From positions 21,532 to 85,531 of the forward strand of contig CAZNOF010000006.1 in NCBI GenBank assembly GCA_964574595.1: a stretch of DNA of 64,000 nucleotides. The letters run 5' to 3'. The notes under the pieces were generated by a model that made no database searches, was not told the origin of the DNA, and worked only from the letters and a program-made list of their open reading frames with translations. This document shows, one piece after another, positions 39,389 to 48,459 of the stretch. The stretch's first letter is position 1; every line of letters begins with the position of its first letter. This DNA is from an uncultured Pseudomonadales bacterium. Its GTDB lineage: Bacteria > Patescibacteriota > Microgenomatia > UBA1400 > PJMF01. Both the position numbers and the translations under genes were made by a program.

Positions 39389-40120
39389 ATGAAAAACGTA
39401 GACTCAATGCGCGTCCTGACGTACGCCACGATTGCTGGCACGATTCTGGCATTTCTTACCGCAATATTCCTACCCATTTACCTGTTCAATCAAGTAAAAC
39501 GGGAAGTTATTGTTGTTACCGCCACCCCCGCCCCGACCTCAATTGTCGAGTTAGTCGCCCCGCAAGGCTGCCAAGCCAAGCAGGTAAACGACCTGCTCCC
39601 GATAAGTGTCTTTGTCTACCCAGTGTATGACACTTCTCGAGATAACATGACCAGCACCTCCGCAGTTGTTCCCAAGGGATTCAAGCCCGATTCAATTCAG
39701 GTCAGCCGCATTTCAAGGGATCAAGCATTCCTGAAAGTGACAATCACCTATAATATGTCCAATCATCCGCTCATTTTGGATGGCTGGGTACTTTCAGAAT
39801 ATATGGCTTTTGCAGGTGAAATTGCAGATTGCCAGAACTACGGCGTTACCTACGCTAGCGGTCAATGGCTCTTAAACGATATCAATCAGTTCGTATGTCA
39901 GCTGGCAGTGGTCGCTGAATCGAACTACAGCGTCTACATGCTTGACAGCCAGAACAAGCTGCAAGTCTACCAAACCATCAATGGTGTGGCAGACGCGGAG
40001 TATCCATTCAAGGGTTCGTTCAATGCAGATGACGGAACGCTCTATATCCAGATCACCGGCGACGAACGTAAACAGTTCGTCGATGCCAAATACATCAAGC
40101 TGGGCAACAAAGTCTGCTAG
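39389..40120 (+). CDS. membrane-anchored hypothetical protein (N-terminal TM, extracytoplasmic domain with 4 Cys), GC-richer
   Basis: Start chosen at ATG 39389 with a GGAG RBS 8 nt upstream. TM helix VLTYATIAGTILAFLTAIFLPIYLF. Confidence 0.45.
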   Translation: MKNVDSMRVLTYATIAGTILAFLTAIFLPIYLFNQVKREVIVVTATPAPTSIVELVAPQGCQAKQVNDLLPISVFVYPVYDTSRDNMTSTSAVVPKGFKPDSIQVSRISRDQAFLKVTITYNMSNHPLILDGWVLSEYMAFAGEIADCQNYGVTYASGQWLLNDINQFVCQLAVVAESNYSVYMLDSQNKLQVYQTINGVADAEYPFKGSFNADDGTLYIQITGDERKQFVDAKYIKLGNKVC

Positions 40121-40212
40121 TAATTAGAACAATCGAATACATGTGTAAATTGTAGGGTCAGCCGGAAACGGCTGATCCTATCCTAAAGAGACGAAACATT
40201 CGTCTTTTTAAG

Positions 40213-41022
40213 ATGGGATTTATAAAGAAAGAACTTATGACTCAGATTGAATCACTTCGATTTTTTATTCCTGAACCAGATGAAGATCTGGATGAGGCTT
40301 ATTTAGGTAAATCTACCGTTGAAAAAATGCGATCTGCCAAACTCTTCACTGACGAGCCGGAAACCAACCTTGATGCTCCTAAAGAAGAGGCTGAAAAGAC
40401 ACCTGCTGATCATACTGCCTCAGATCTAGCTACAGAGAATGCCCTTTTAGAAGCAGCTCTTCAAAAGGAACAAGATGCCTTCGTGATGGAAGAGCAGTTC
40501 CCCGCCGCCGTCTTTAAACGAGAAATGGACCCAACTATTAAAGAACCAACTGTTCAAGATTGGGCTCGCGTCGCTCGCCAATTGCAAACCACTTTTGAAG
40601 AGACATTTGCAGGTCGAACTCGTCAAATTTTAGACAAAGAAACTCATCGATATTCAAGAAAAACTCGCAGACCTGAAGGCGTGCAGAAGAGACGAGATGC
40701 TCAAAAAATGAATCGTGGTGAAGAAACCCAGAATGCTGACGAATTCCGCTGGGGCTCATGGACTTCTCGAGATCACCGCTTTGATAAATTCGACAAAAAG
40801 AATAAAACTCGCAGTAAAAAAAGCTTCCATCCAGAGAATCGCAAACCTCAATACATGACACCTCATGAGATGAAAGAGTTAAAGAAAGCCAAAAACTTGC
40901 GAAAAAATATTGATAAGTCAATGGATAATGTATTTATGGGTCGACCATACACGCCAGCCTATCAATACAGACAAGCTCCAATTGATAATCGTCGTTACGA
41001 ACGCAACTCGTTTAGCGAATAA
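40213..41022 (+). CDS. hypothetical highly charged (K/R/E-rich) protein
   Basis: 269-aa ORF with an acidic N-terminal half and a basic C-terminal half. No motif. Confidence 0.4.
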   Translation: MGFIKKELMTQIESLRFFIPEPDEDLDEAYLGKSTVEKMRSAKLFTDEPETNLDAPKEEAEKTPADHTASDLATENALLEAALQKEQDAFVMEEQFPAAVFKREMDPTIKEPTVQDWARVARQLQTTFEETFAGRTRQILDKETHRYSRKTRRPEGVQKRRDAQKMNRGEETQNADEFRWGSWTSRDHRFDKFDKKNKTRSKKSFHPENRKPQYMTPHEMKELKKAKNLRKNIDKSMDNVFMGRPYTPAYQYRQAPIDNRRYERNSFSE

Positions 41023-41362
41023 TACTGCCCTCTTTGACAGCTTCAGGTAACGGAAAAATAATTGGCTTGCCGTCAGATTCGGCGGAGTCGTCTGAGCCCA
41101 TGATCATCATGCCTTGACTGACTGCCTCACCCATTTTTCGCTCGGCTAAGTTAATGACGAATGGAAATTTTTTGTTCAAGAAATTCTCTGGGGTGTACCA
41201 TTTTTTAACACCTGACAAGATCGTTTTTGTGCCAATTTCAGCGCCAAAGTCCACCGTAAACTGAATCAATTTATTACTCCACTCAGGCATGGTAGCTTCA
41301 GTCACCAACCCGACTCGGAGGTCTACTTTTTCAAAATCAGCGTATTCAATAGTTGGTTTCAT
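41012..41362 (-). CDS. tRNA-binding domain protein (CsaA/Trbp111-like, EMAP/Myf OB fold)
   Basis: VDLRVGLVTEA...KL..F.VDFG...TILSGV matches the tRNA-binding-domain signature. 116 aa. Immediately downstream of trpS. Confidence 0.7.
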   Translation of the reverse strand: MKPTIEYADFEKVDLRVGLVTEATMPEWSNKLIQFTVDFGAEIGTKTILSGVKKWYTPENFLNKKFPFVINLAERKMGEAVSQGMMIMGSDDSAESDGKPIIFPLPEAVKEGSIIR

Positions 41363-41368
41363 AGGTCC

Positions 41369-42379
41369 TTAGTTGAGTTTATTTTTAATGCCAATTGTTT
41401 CGTACACTTCATCCATGGTTTGTTTGGCCACCTGGCGAGCTTTTGCGGCGCCTTCAGCCAAAATTTGTTTCACCATCTCTGGATTTGCGGCCAATTCAGC
41501 GCGTTTCTCTCGAGCCGGAGCAAATAACCGTTGATGAGCGGCCAGCAATTTTTGCTTGACTTCTACATCGCCAACTTGACCAAGAGTGTAGCGTTTTTTT
41601 AAATCCGTCACTTCTGCCAAGTCATCGTTGATTAAATCGTGATAAATAAAGACTGGATTGCCTTCGACTTTACCTGGATCTGTAGCTTTTTTACGATTTG
41701 GGTCGGTGAAAGAGCTCATAATCTGCTTTTTGATGACTTCTTCGTCTTCAAAAATGCCAATCGTATTGTTTAAACTTTTACTCATTTTGCGCTCGCCATC
41801 TGTGCCCACAATTCGGCCAGTTTCTTTACGAATTAAGGCCTCAGGCAGTGGAAAAAGCTCTGTCTGGTACGCACGATTAAAAGCCTCAGCCATATCTCGA
41901 GTAATCTCGACGTGTTGGCGCTGGTCGTCACCGACTGGCACGCCACTTGGCTTGTAGAGCAGAATATCCGCTGCCATCAAGATTGGGTAGTTAAAAAGAC
42001 CCATATTGATCGACTCTACAGAAGCTCCTTTTTGGAGTTTATCTTTAAAAGCGTGCATTCTCTGCATATGGCCATAGGTGACGTAATTTGCCAATACAAC
42101 GGCTAATTGAGAGTGTTCTGGCACATCTGACTGTCTGAAGAAGACTGATTTCTGAGGATCCAGGCCTAACGCCAAGTAATCTAGCACCACACCCTCGATG
42201 TTTTTCTCGAGAGTTTCTTTAGTTTGAACAGTTGTTAAGGCGTGCAAATCCGCTACAAAATAGTAGGTTTCTTCATCCCGATTTTGCAGTTCTAAAGCTG
42301 GTTTAATAAAGCCAAAATAATTGCCAATGTGCAGCGTGCTGCCACTAGGCGTAATTCCAGCTAAAATACGATTTTTCAT
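41369..42379 (-). CDS. trpS: tryptophanyl-tRNA synthetase
   Basis: TPSGSTLHIGNYFG (HIGH-class motif), KMSKS, class Ic length 336 aa. Confidence 0.85.
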   Translation of the reverse strand: MKNRILAGITPSGSTLHIGNYFGFIKPALELQNRDEETYYFVADLHALTTVQTKETLEKNIEGVVLDYLALGLDPQKSVFFRQSDVPEHSQLAVVLANYVTYGHMQRMHAFKDKLQKGASVESINMGLFNYPILMAADILLYKPSGVPVGDDQRQHVEITRDMAEAFNRAYQTELFPLPEALIRKETGRIVGTDGERKMSKSLNNTIGIFEDEEVIKKQIMSSFTDPNRKKATDPGKVEGNPVFIYHDLINDDLAEVTDLKKRYTLGQVGDVEVKQKLLAAHQRLFAPAREKRAELAANPEMVKQILAEGAAKARQVAKQTMDEVYETIGIKNKLN

Positions 42380-42410
42380 AAGTTCCTAATTTCTTGTTGC
42401 ATTATATAGC

Positions 42411-43193
42411 CTATTTGCTAATTAACGATATTACCTGAATTGTATCCTCAACTTCCAGGTCTATAACTGGTATTTTTAACTGTTTTGATAACTTGTTTGC
42501 AATAATTGGAAAGGTTGACTGCTCACTAAAATGATGACCTAACTCCAAAAGAGTGATACCTAAATCTTCGGCATACTTAGTAGCCTCTTGCTCAAACTCT
42601 CCTGCGATATAGAGATCTGGTTTTAGCTGGTCAAAGAACTCACTAATAAACCCTTGTCCAGAAGTAATTGCAATTCGAGAAAACCTGGTTCTTTTTCTTC
42701 CGGCAACTCGAACATGTGAATTTCCCAAAACTTGAACTCTGCTAATCAGTTCTTCTAGCGATATTGGATACTCTTTGCTCAAATTTACTCCACCAATTAA
42801 ACTTCTTCCTTGATAAGAAGTGATTGCTTTTGAAGAGGGAATTTTCAAAATGTCACAAAGTGAATCAATGATACCTCCTTCGCAAAAATCCAAATTAAGG
42901 TGACAACGATACACAGAAAGTTGATGCTTTGCGGCAAAGGAAATTTTCTGCAAGTTATTTCCTGTCAGCGGATAGTGAATTTCCGTTGGCCCGTGGTGAA
43001 CGATTAAAAAATCGCAGTTCGCTTCTATTGCTCTCTCTATAGCCAAAAGCGAGTAGTCTAATGTCAAACCGATTTTAGTAACTCGCTGTGCATGATTACC
43101 TTGAAGAAGACCTACGTAATCAAACGGAGCTAGATTGGGAGGTGCAAATTCTTCCAGTAATTTAATCACATCTGCGACAACCATTTTTTTCAT
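42411..43193 (-). CDS. Nif3-family dinuclear metal centre protein (YbgI/YqfO-like)
   Basis: N-terminal MKKMVVADVIKLLEEFAP...VGLLQG and IVHHGP motif typical of NIF3. 260 aa. Confidence 0.7.
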   Translation of the reverse strand: MKKMVVADVIKLLEEFAPPNLAPFDYVGLLQGNHAQRVTKIGLTLDYSLLAIERAIEANCDFLIVHHGPTEIHYPLTGNNLQKISFAAKHQLSVYRCHLNLDFCEGGIIDSLCDILKIPSSKAITSYQGRSLIGGVNLSKEYPISLEELISRVQVLGNSHVRVAGRKRTRFSRIAITSGQGFISEFFDQLKPDLYIAGEFEQEATKYAEDLGITLLELGHHFSEQSTFPIIANKLSKQLKIPVIDLEVEDTIQVISLISK

Positions 43194-44170
43194 ATCTTTC
43201 CTTTCTTATGTTTAATAAAAATAACGGGTGAAATATCTTCAGGGTGCTTCAAAAAGTTATATGCAGGCAAAGCACTTAGGGCATCGGGTGACAAGATAAC
43301 TGAGTTGGACTGAACTGTATTTCCATAAACTGTGTAACCAGCCAATTCATTAACCACCATTGACCTTGCTAACTCCTCCTGCATGAGATCAATGTCTTTT
43401 TGCTTCTTTCTTTCTAAGTAGAGTTGATTCAGGGTGTTAACAACTTTTTTCTTATTACAAGTTAACAGCAACTCTGAAATTCTCTTTAGTTCTTCAGAAT
43501 AAGAAATCTCATGAGCTTCAAAAAACGCGTTCATTGAAGTAACTTCTACCCTGTCAGAAAAACCTATATTTCTTACTTCTTCTTTAATCTTCAGGGCTGT
43601 TGCCTCAAGTTTCAGTAGAAAACTTGCGTGTGTTTCACAGGTAGCTTTTAAAATATTTGGATCGAAAGCTTCAACATCAGCCAAATGAATTTTTAAGTGA
43701 AAATCAAAATTACGTTTGGAAAATAAAATTGATACATCGTGTAATACGGCTAATAATTTTTGAGCTGCCGATCCAATGCCTTGATCTAACTGATATCTTT
43801 CGCTGTAGTCGGGACAAACCGGGGAAACTAGTGATAAGGGTAACCCATGGACTCGCGAGTATATGCAATGTCTCGCTAAAGATGAATATTCATCCAGCGG
43901 ATAATGCCTCAACGGATCAATAGCTGGTAGTTGGTTTTGAAGCAAATCAAGAATCAGCAAGCAAGTATCTTCACAAATATTCGAAAGGTTATCTAAGCAT
44001 TTTGTTCCAAGGTGGGGTTCTAAACTCAGAACTAAATGAAGTGCTTCCTCAATAGCCCGATTCAAAATATCATTCTTTGGCTGCAAAGATAACGCATTTT
44101 CATGTTCACTAAACCTAATTCCACTAAGAGAAAGTTTTTCTCTATCTTGTTCAGATTTTAAGTTTGGCAA
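43190..44170 (-). CDS. hypothetical protein downstream-coupled to Nif3
   Basis: 326-aa ORF overlapping the Nif3 start by 4 nt. No motif recognised. Confidence 0.4.
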   Translation of the reverse strand: MPNLKSEQDREKLSLSGIRFSEHENALSLQPKNDILNRAIEEALHLVLSLEPHLGTKCLDNLSNICEDTCLLILDLLQNQLPAIDPLRHYPLDEYSSLARHCIYSRVHGLPLSLVSPVCPDYSERYQLDQGIGSAAQKLLAVLHDVSILFSKRNFDFHLKIHLADVEAFDPNILKATCETHASFLLKLEATALKIKEEVRNIGFSDRVEVTSMNAFFEAHEISYSEELKRISELLLTCNKKKVVNTLNQLYLERKKQKDIDLMQEELARSMVVNELAGYTVYGNTVQSNSVILSPDALSALPAYNFLKHPEDISPVIFIKHKKGKI

Positions 44171-44328
44171 ACTTGCGCCAAAGTCCCTCCGGCAACAATG
44201 GGTATTTTTGATAAATACTGGTTAGTAATCTTTCATTTTTACTCATATCTCCTTTAAAAGGTGGGGGGTTTTAGGTATGACTACCACGGTGGTTACCCCC
44301 AGGTCTTATAAATGACCTACCTTTACGC

Positions 44329-44712
44329 TTACTCAGAATCCGACTTTGATTTAGCTCGTTGTTCTATCCTCCATTGAACTTGTCCTTTCCATTCCTCAAT
44401 TCCCCAAAATTCACCAGAATTCTCATCTAAACGCTGGATAACTAGGTCACGGATTGCGGGGATATGGTTTTCAGAAATACCCCGTGAGCGACAAAGTTCA
44501 TCTATGTTCTCCCAGACTAAAAGCGCTATTTCTGGTACGTGCCTGCTATCTTGTTCTAGTTCCCTGTCAGTCATTTGAGACTCCTTGCACTCGGAAAGAT
44601 CGTCGGTTTCTTGAGAGCTGCTGCTAATTAGTAAAGAGAAAGAAGTTTTGCATGTAAAACCTGATTCTCTGTACCTTTTTAGCAACAAAAAAACTCCTTT
44701 GCAGGAGTTCAA
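44329..44712 (-). CDS. hypothetical protein
   Basis: 127-aa ORF, acidic C-terminal half. Confidence 0.35.
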   Translation of the reverse strand: MNSCKGVFLLLKRYRESGFTCKTSFSLLISSSSQETDDLSECKESQMTDRELEQDSRHVPEIALLVWENIDELCRSRGISENHIPAIRDLVIQRLDENSGEFWGIEEWKGQVQWRIEQRAKSKSDSE

Positions 44713-44739
44713 CTTTATTTATTGGCAGAATAAAACGCG

Positions 44740-45048
44740 TTACAGAACTCCCTTTTCAGATGAAGAGTCCCACCAGGATTCAGAGAATTTTCCTCGGGAA
44801 ATTTCTCGAGAACCACGACTGACCGTGGCAATGCCAACGCCCACTTTTTCAGCAATTTGCCTTTGAGGCATGCCTGACTTGAGGAGTCTAACGATTTCAA
44901 TTCGTTGATTCAGCTCTAGAATTTCTTTAGGTGTCAAAATACCTTCCAAAAAATCACTCATTTCTGACTGAGTTTTGGGTTGTAAAAAAGTAGTTGCAAG
45001 TTGTGTTGTTTGTTTCACCGTACTAGTATGATAGTACAAAACAGACAA
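44740..45048 (-). CDS. TrpR-like HTH protein, YerC/YecD family (possible shorter start at Met30, 44961)
   Basis: ILTPKEILELNQRIEIVRLLKSGMPQRQIAEKVGVGIATVSRGSRE matches the YerC/YecD Trp-repressor-like signature. Confidence 0.55.
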   Translation of the reverse strand: MSVLYYHTSTVKQTTQLATTFLQPKTQSEMSDFLEGILTPKEILELNQRIEIVRLLKSGMPQRQIAEKVGVGIATVSRGSREISRGKFSESWWDSSSEKGVL

Positions 45049-45088
45049 ATGTCAATTCTGAGTTTATAGTTAATGTTGAAAGTAGTTT

Positions 45089-45979
45089 ATGCCTAGATTC
45101 GAATTACCTAGTATCACTGAGTCAATCAAACTTACTGCTTGGGATAAACCTGCCAAAAGCAGTAGAGTTGAAAAGATTGGCAACGCGATTGCACTCATTC
45201 ATGAAGGAATTCCACTTGAGGAGTCGTACATCAAAACCCTTTTTGGGGACAATCCTCCACCTGACTTAGATGGCACATTTGACTCCATCAATTTAGCAAC
45301 TGACGAGATTGCCAGAGATCCCAATGATGATCTTTCTATTAGAGTTGCCTTTGAAAATATGTACAAGCAAAAACAAGTCGAAATTGCTGCAGATATACAA
45401 AGAGTTAAGGAAGCAAATGAGGCTCTCCCATTAATGCAGCGCATTAGAAATCGCTTAACTGGGCGAAACGCCATTCGTACCTGGAATACTGGACCCAATT
45501 TTGACAAACGATCCAAGAAACAACAATTGGCTGATTTTATTGAATCCGAGAAAAGAGAGCGACGCCATCATTTGGCCTTAGGAACTCGATCTGATTACTT
45601 TCGACAAGGTTATCAAGAAGTTGAAATTGAGTTACGAGCCAAAATGATTCTGGAGGATGACCCAGCAATCTTCAAGCAATTTTTTGACACAATCAAGCTG
45701 ACACCCCAAAAACCTTTTCTAATCATCTATGGACATGGCGGTGACCGAGAGGGTCAACCACAAAAGTGGCAAATTGGCGAGTCCTTCACTCAAAACTATA
45801 CCGATTTAACTGAAGTTTTTAAAAAAATGCAGGCAGAAACTGGTAAATACTCGGCTATTCTGCTGGTTTCTTGCAATGGCAATAAATTAACACCACCAGA
45901 TGCAGGTGGCTCCCCCGTTTTTTACGCTGAGGGCCTCGCAGGATTGCGAGTACCAGGGAAAGTAGCGAAAGTTTTATAA
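45089..45979 (+). CDS. hypothetical protein
   Basis: 296-aa ORF. No motif. Confidence 0.4.
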   Translation: MPRFELPSITESIKLTAWDKPAKSSRVEKIGNAIALIHEGIPLEESYIKTLFGDNPPPDLDGTFDSINLATDEIARDPNDDLSIRVAFENMYKQKQVEIAADIQRVKEANEALPLMQRIRNRLTGRNAIRTWNTGPNFDKRSKKQQLADFIESEKRERRHHLALGTRSDYFRQGYQEVEIELRAKMILEDDPAIFKQFFDTIKLTPQKPFLIIYGHGGDREGQPQKWQIGESFTQNYTDLTEVFKKMQAETGKYSAILLVSCNGNKLTPPDAGGSPVFYAEGLAGLRVPGKVAKVL

Positions 45980-46873
45980 TTCTTCAATACGAACACTTGG
46001 GTTCATATCTGGAGTATCAATCAACTTGAGGTATTTCTCAGTGGTGGTAATTCGCTTGTGACCTACTAATTGAGAGACGTACACCAAAGGTGTACCGGCT
46101 TTCAATTGCTCGATAATAAAGGTGTGGCGTAAGTCGTTAACTTTACCATCTTTAATACCAGCTAAGCGGAAGTAGCGATCAATAGCGGTTCTGATGTTAC
46201 GAACTAAGAAAGGTCGGCAAGTTTTGGTTAAAAACAAGGTTTTTTCTCGAGCTCGTGGACGAATTCTCATGTACTCGGTTAAAGCGTTCTTAGCAGCTGT
46301 ATTCAAAGGAACTTTACGTGCTTCTCGAGAATTTTGAGCCTGAATGAAGATCACGTTATGATCCATATCAACCTCATTTACTTGGAGAGAAGAAAGTTCA
46401 CTAATACGCATTCCTGTCTGGAGTAAGATCTCGACGATACCGTAAATACGGACATCACTTCGACAAGCATCTCGCAAAGCGCGATACTCTAATTTTGACA
46501 ATACTCGAGGAGGAACTTGATCATATTTTGGATGAGTAATCACATCTGCTGGATTCTCAGTTAAAGCACCTTGAGCAATTAAGTAACGGAAAAAGGACTT
46601 AATTGAGTTGATTTTTCGAGAGATAGATTTACCGGTGTAGCGTTGCTTCTTGAGTAATTCTTTAAATTCCTCGATATCGTCAGAAACGATTTCATCAACT
46701 TTGGTTTTGTTTCGCTCAGCTAAAAACTGGAGCACTTGCTCCACATCTTTACTATAAGCGATAACCGTAGCGTGTGCTCGGCCTGCCGTGACTAAATATT
46801 GAGTGAACTGCTCGCGCATTTCAGATAATGAGTCTAAATTCATATTCTTGTCTTCTAGCTTGTTACAGGGCAA
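45974..46873 (-). CDS. xerD: tyrosine site-specific recombinase, XerC/XerD-like
   Basis: N-terminal SAM-like domain. Catalytic R...HxLRHT...HKRITTTEKY (R-H-R-Y tetrad context). 299 aa. Confidence 0.8.
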   Translation of the reverse strand: MPCNKLEDKNMNLDSLSEMREQFTQYLVTAGRAHATVIAYSKDVEQVLQFLAERNKTKVDEIVSDDIEEFKELLKKQRYTGKSISRKINSIKSFFRYLIAQGALTENPADVITHPKYDQVPPRVLSKLEYRALRDACRSDVRIYGIVEILLQTGMRISELSSLQVNEVDMDHNVIFIQAQNSREARKVPLNTAAKNALTEYMRIRPRAREKTLFLTKTCRPFLVRNIRTAIDRYFRLAGIKDGKVNDLRHTFIIEQLKAGTPLVYVSQLVGHKRITTTEKYLKLIDTPDMNPSVRIEEL

Positions 46874-47004
46874 AATGTACTCAAGCGATTCTTATTAACT
46901 AGTAGTTATAATCTCGTTCTACAAGAGCTTATAATATCACAGAAAGGGTTTTTACGCAATTCTCGCGCTTAGTATACCATCCAGTCACAGTTTTCGGTAT
47001 AACT

Positions 47005-47313
47005 TTGGTTGTAATTGCGGTTTGCGTGTCGTTATATTTCAACGCTCGAGAAATTAAAAGTTCTTCCGATTTAGTGACTCATCTACGATCCCAGGTGGAC
47101 CAGCGGCAGCAAGAGTTCGAAAGAGTGAAAAAAGAGGCAAATAGAGCGCAAACTTCTCTTAATCAGGAAAGTATTATTCGCGATGAGTTACTCATGCAAA
47201 AACCGGGTGAATATATCGTCCAAATGCCTGATTTACCAGAACCTATAATCAATCAGAAGGTGACACAAAAACAGCTTTCACCGTGGCAAGAGTGGCAGTT
47301 ACTTTTAAACTAA
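47005..47313 (+). CDS. septum-formation initiator family protein (FtsB/DivIC-like), putative
   Basis: N-terminal TM helix, coiled-coil segment, then IRDELLMQKPGEYIV resembling the FtsB/DivIC ARExLGxxkPGE motif. Confidence 0.5.
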   Translation: MVVIAVCVSLYFNAREIKSSSDLVTHLRSQVDQRQQEFERVKKEANRAQTSLNQESIIRDELLMQKPGEYIVQMPDLPEPIINQKVTQKQLSPWQEWQLLLN

Positions 47314-47332
47314 GCATCAATTAAAATTGCAG

Positions 47333-48274
47333 CTACCCACCGAGAGCCCAGAAATAAAATCCGGTCATTGCTCCGCTAGCTTTTACCCAAAACTCCAAGA
47401 GTGTCCATTGTAAGAGAGCTGGCGTATAGCCATGCAGTCGTACTCCAGCAGATAGAAAATGCCCAAAACTTGTCCAAAACTGCTGCCAACTTTGGCGAAT
47501 GACTGGCCTAGCAAATCGATACCCCTGCAAAACAAAGTACAAATAACAGGCCATCTCACCTCTTTGGTAATAGAGATACTGCAGGTCATACTCTCTGGGC
47601 GTTAACCACCGATTGTGAAATACCACCATATCTGGAGAATAAAAGTACTGCTGCCACCTGGTTAAACCCCGCAAAGCAATCTCCCCATCTTCACAGTTTT
47701 GGCCAACCGAGCCTGGACCTAGCCACTCCTTAAAGTTTCCCACCTGCTGAAAGAACCGTTTCCGAAACGCCATATTATTACCAACCCCAATCATTTTGCC
47801 ATGATTTCCAGGCTTGGTAATACGATGTGATTGAGGATGTTGCACATTTTTAAAACTGGAGGGACAGCGAAATCCATGATGCTTTTCAGGCTGAAATGGC
47901 CTTGTTTGGCCAAATACACCGGCCACATCTGGATATTGAGTAAAAATACGAACGATTTCTTTCAACCAGTCCTGATCTGGGAGGCAGTCATCATCGGTGA
48001 ATGCAATTAGGGGCGCTTTTGCCATCGAAATCCCCCGATTCAAGGCTTTACTCTTGTTTTTCTCTGGCACTAGCACATATTGAAACGAGCTAAAAGCAGC
48101 TTGAAATTTGGCCTTTTGAGGCGCTGTGAGGCTATTTTTGCCCTGAACTACCACAATGACCTCTATCGGCACATCCCGACTTTTCCTCAAGGCTTCAAGG
48201 CAAGCGGTCAGGCTCTGGGGACGATTTGAGCTGGCAATGACTACCGTTATGATGGGATCTCGTGAATTAGGCAT
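47333..48274 (-). CDS. family 2 glycosyltransferase
   Basis: TVVIASSNRP...IEVIVVVQG N-terminal GT-A pattern and FTDDDCLPDQDW (DxD). 313 aa. Confidence 0.65.
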   Translation of the reverse strand: MPNSRDPIITVVIASSNRPQSLTACLEALRKSRDVPIEVIVVVQGKNSLTAPQKAKFQAAFSSFQYVLVPEKNKSKALNRGISMAKAPLIAFTDDDCLPDQDWLKEIVRIFTQYPDVAGVFGQTRPFQPEKHHGFRCPSSFKNVQHPQSHRITKPGNHGKMIGVGNNMAFRKRFFQQVGNFKEWLGPGSVGQNCEDGEIALRGLTRWQQYFYSPDMVVFHNRWLTPREYDLQYLYYQRGEMACYLYFVLQGYRFARPVIRQSWQQFWTSFGHFLSAGVRLHGYTPALLQWTLLEFWVKASGAMTGFYFWALGG

Positions 48275-48331
48275 ATTCTTCTTGGCGATTGCTTATAGCA
48301 TACCAGACGTGGTAAACTAACTCTCTATCCG

Positions 48332-48400
48332 CGCGGGATAGTGTACGGTGCACGTGAGGCTCATAATCTCGCAGGTCGGGTTCGACTCCCGATCCCGCAA
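48332..48400 (+). tRNA. tRNA with CAU anticodon (Met / initiator-like; 69 nt, CCA not encoded)
   Basis: Hand-folded. Acceptor CGCGGGA/UCCCGCA with a C1·A72 mismatch and A73 (E. coli tRNA-fMet has CGCGGGG/CCCCGCA+A). U8 A9. 3-bp D stem GUG/CAC with a GG-containing loop. Anticodon loop CUCAUAA. Perfect T arm UCGGG-UUCGACU-CCCGA. Followed by a weak hairpin + U7. The anticodon stem has two G·U pairs and Y11:R24, which is atypical for initiators. Confidence 0.5.
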
Positions 48401-48459
48401 CATAAGAAACAAGAAAATCGCCCCAGAGGCGGTTTTTTTGTACCTCTGCCTAAGATTTT

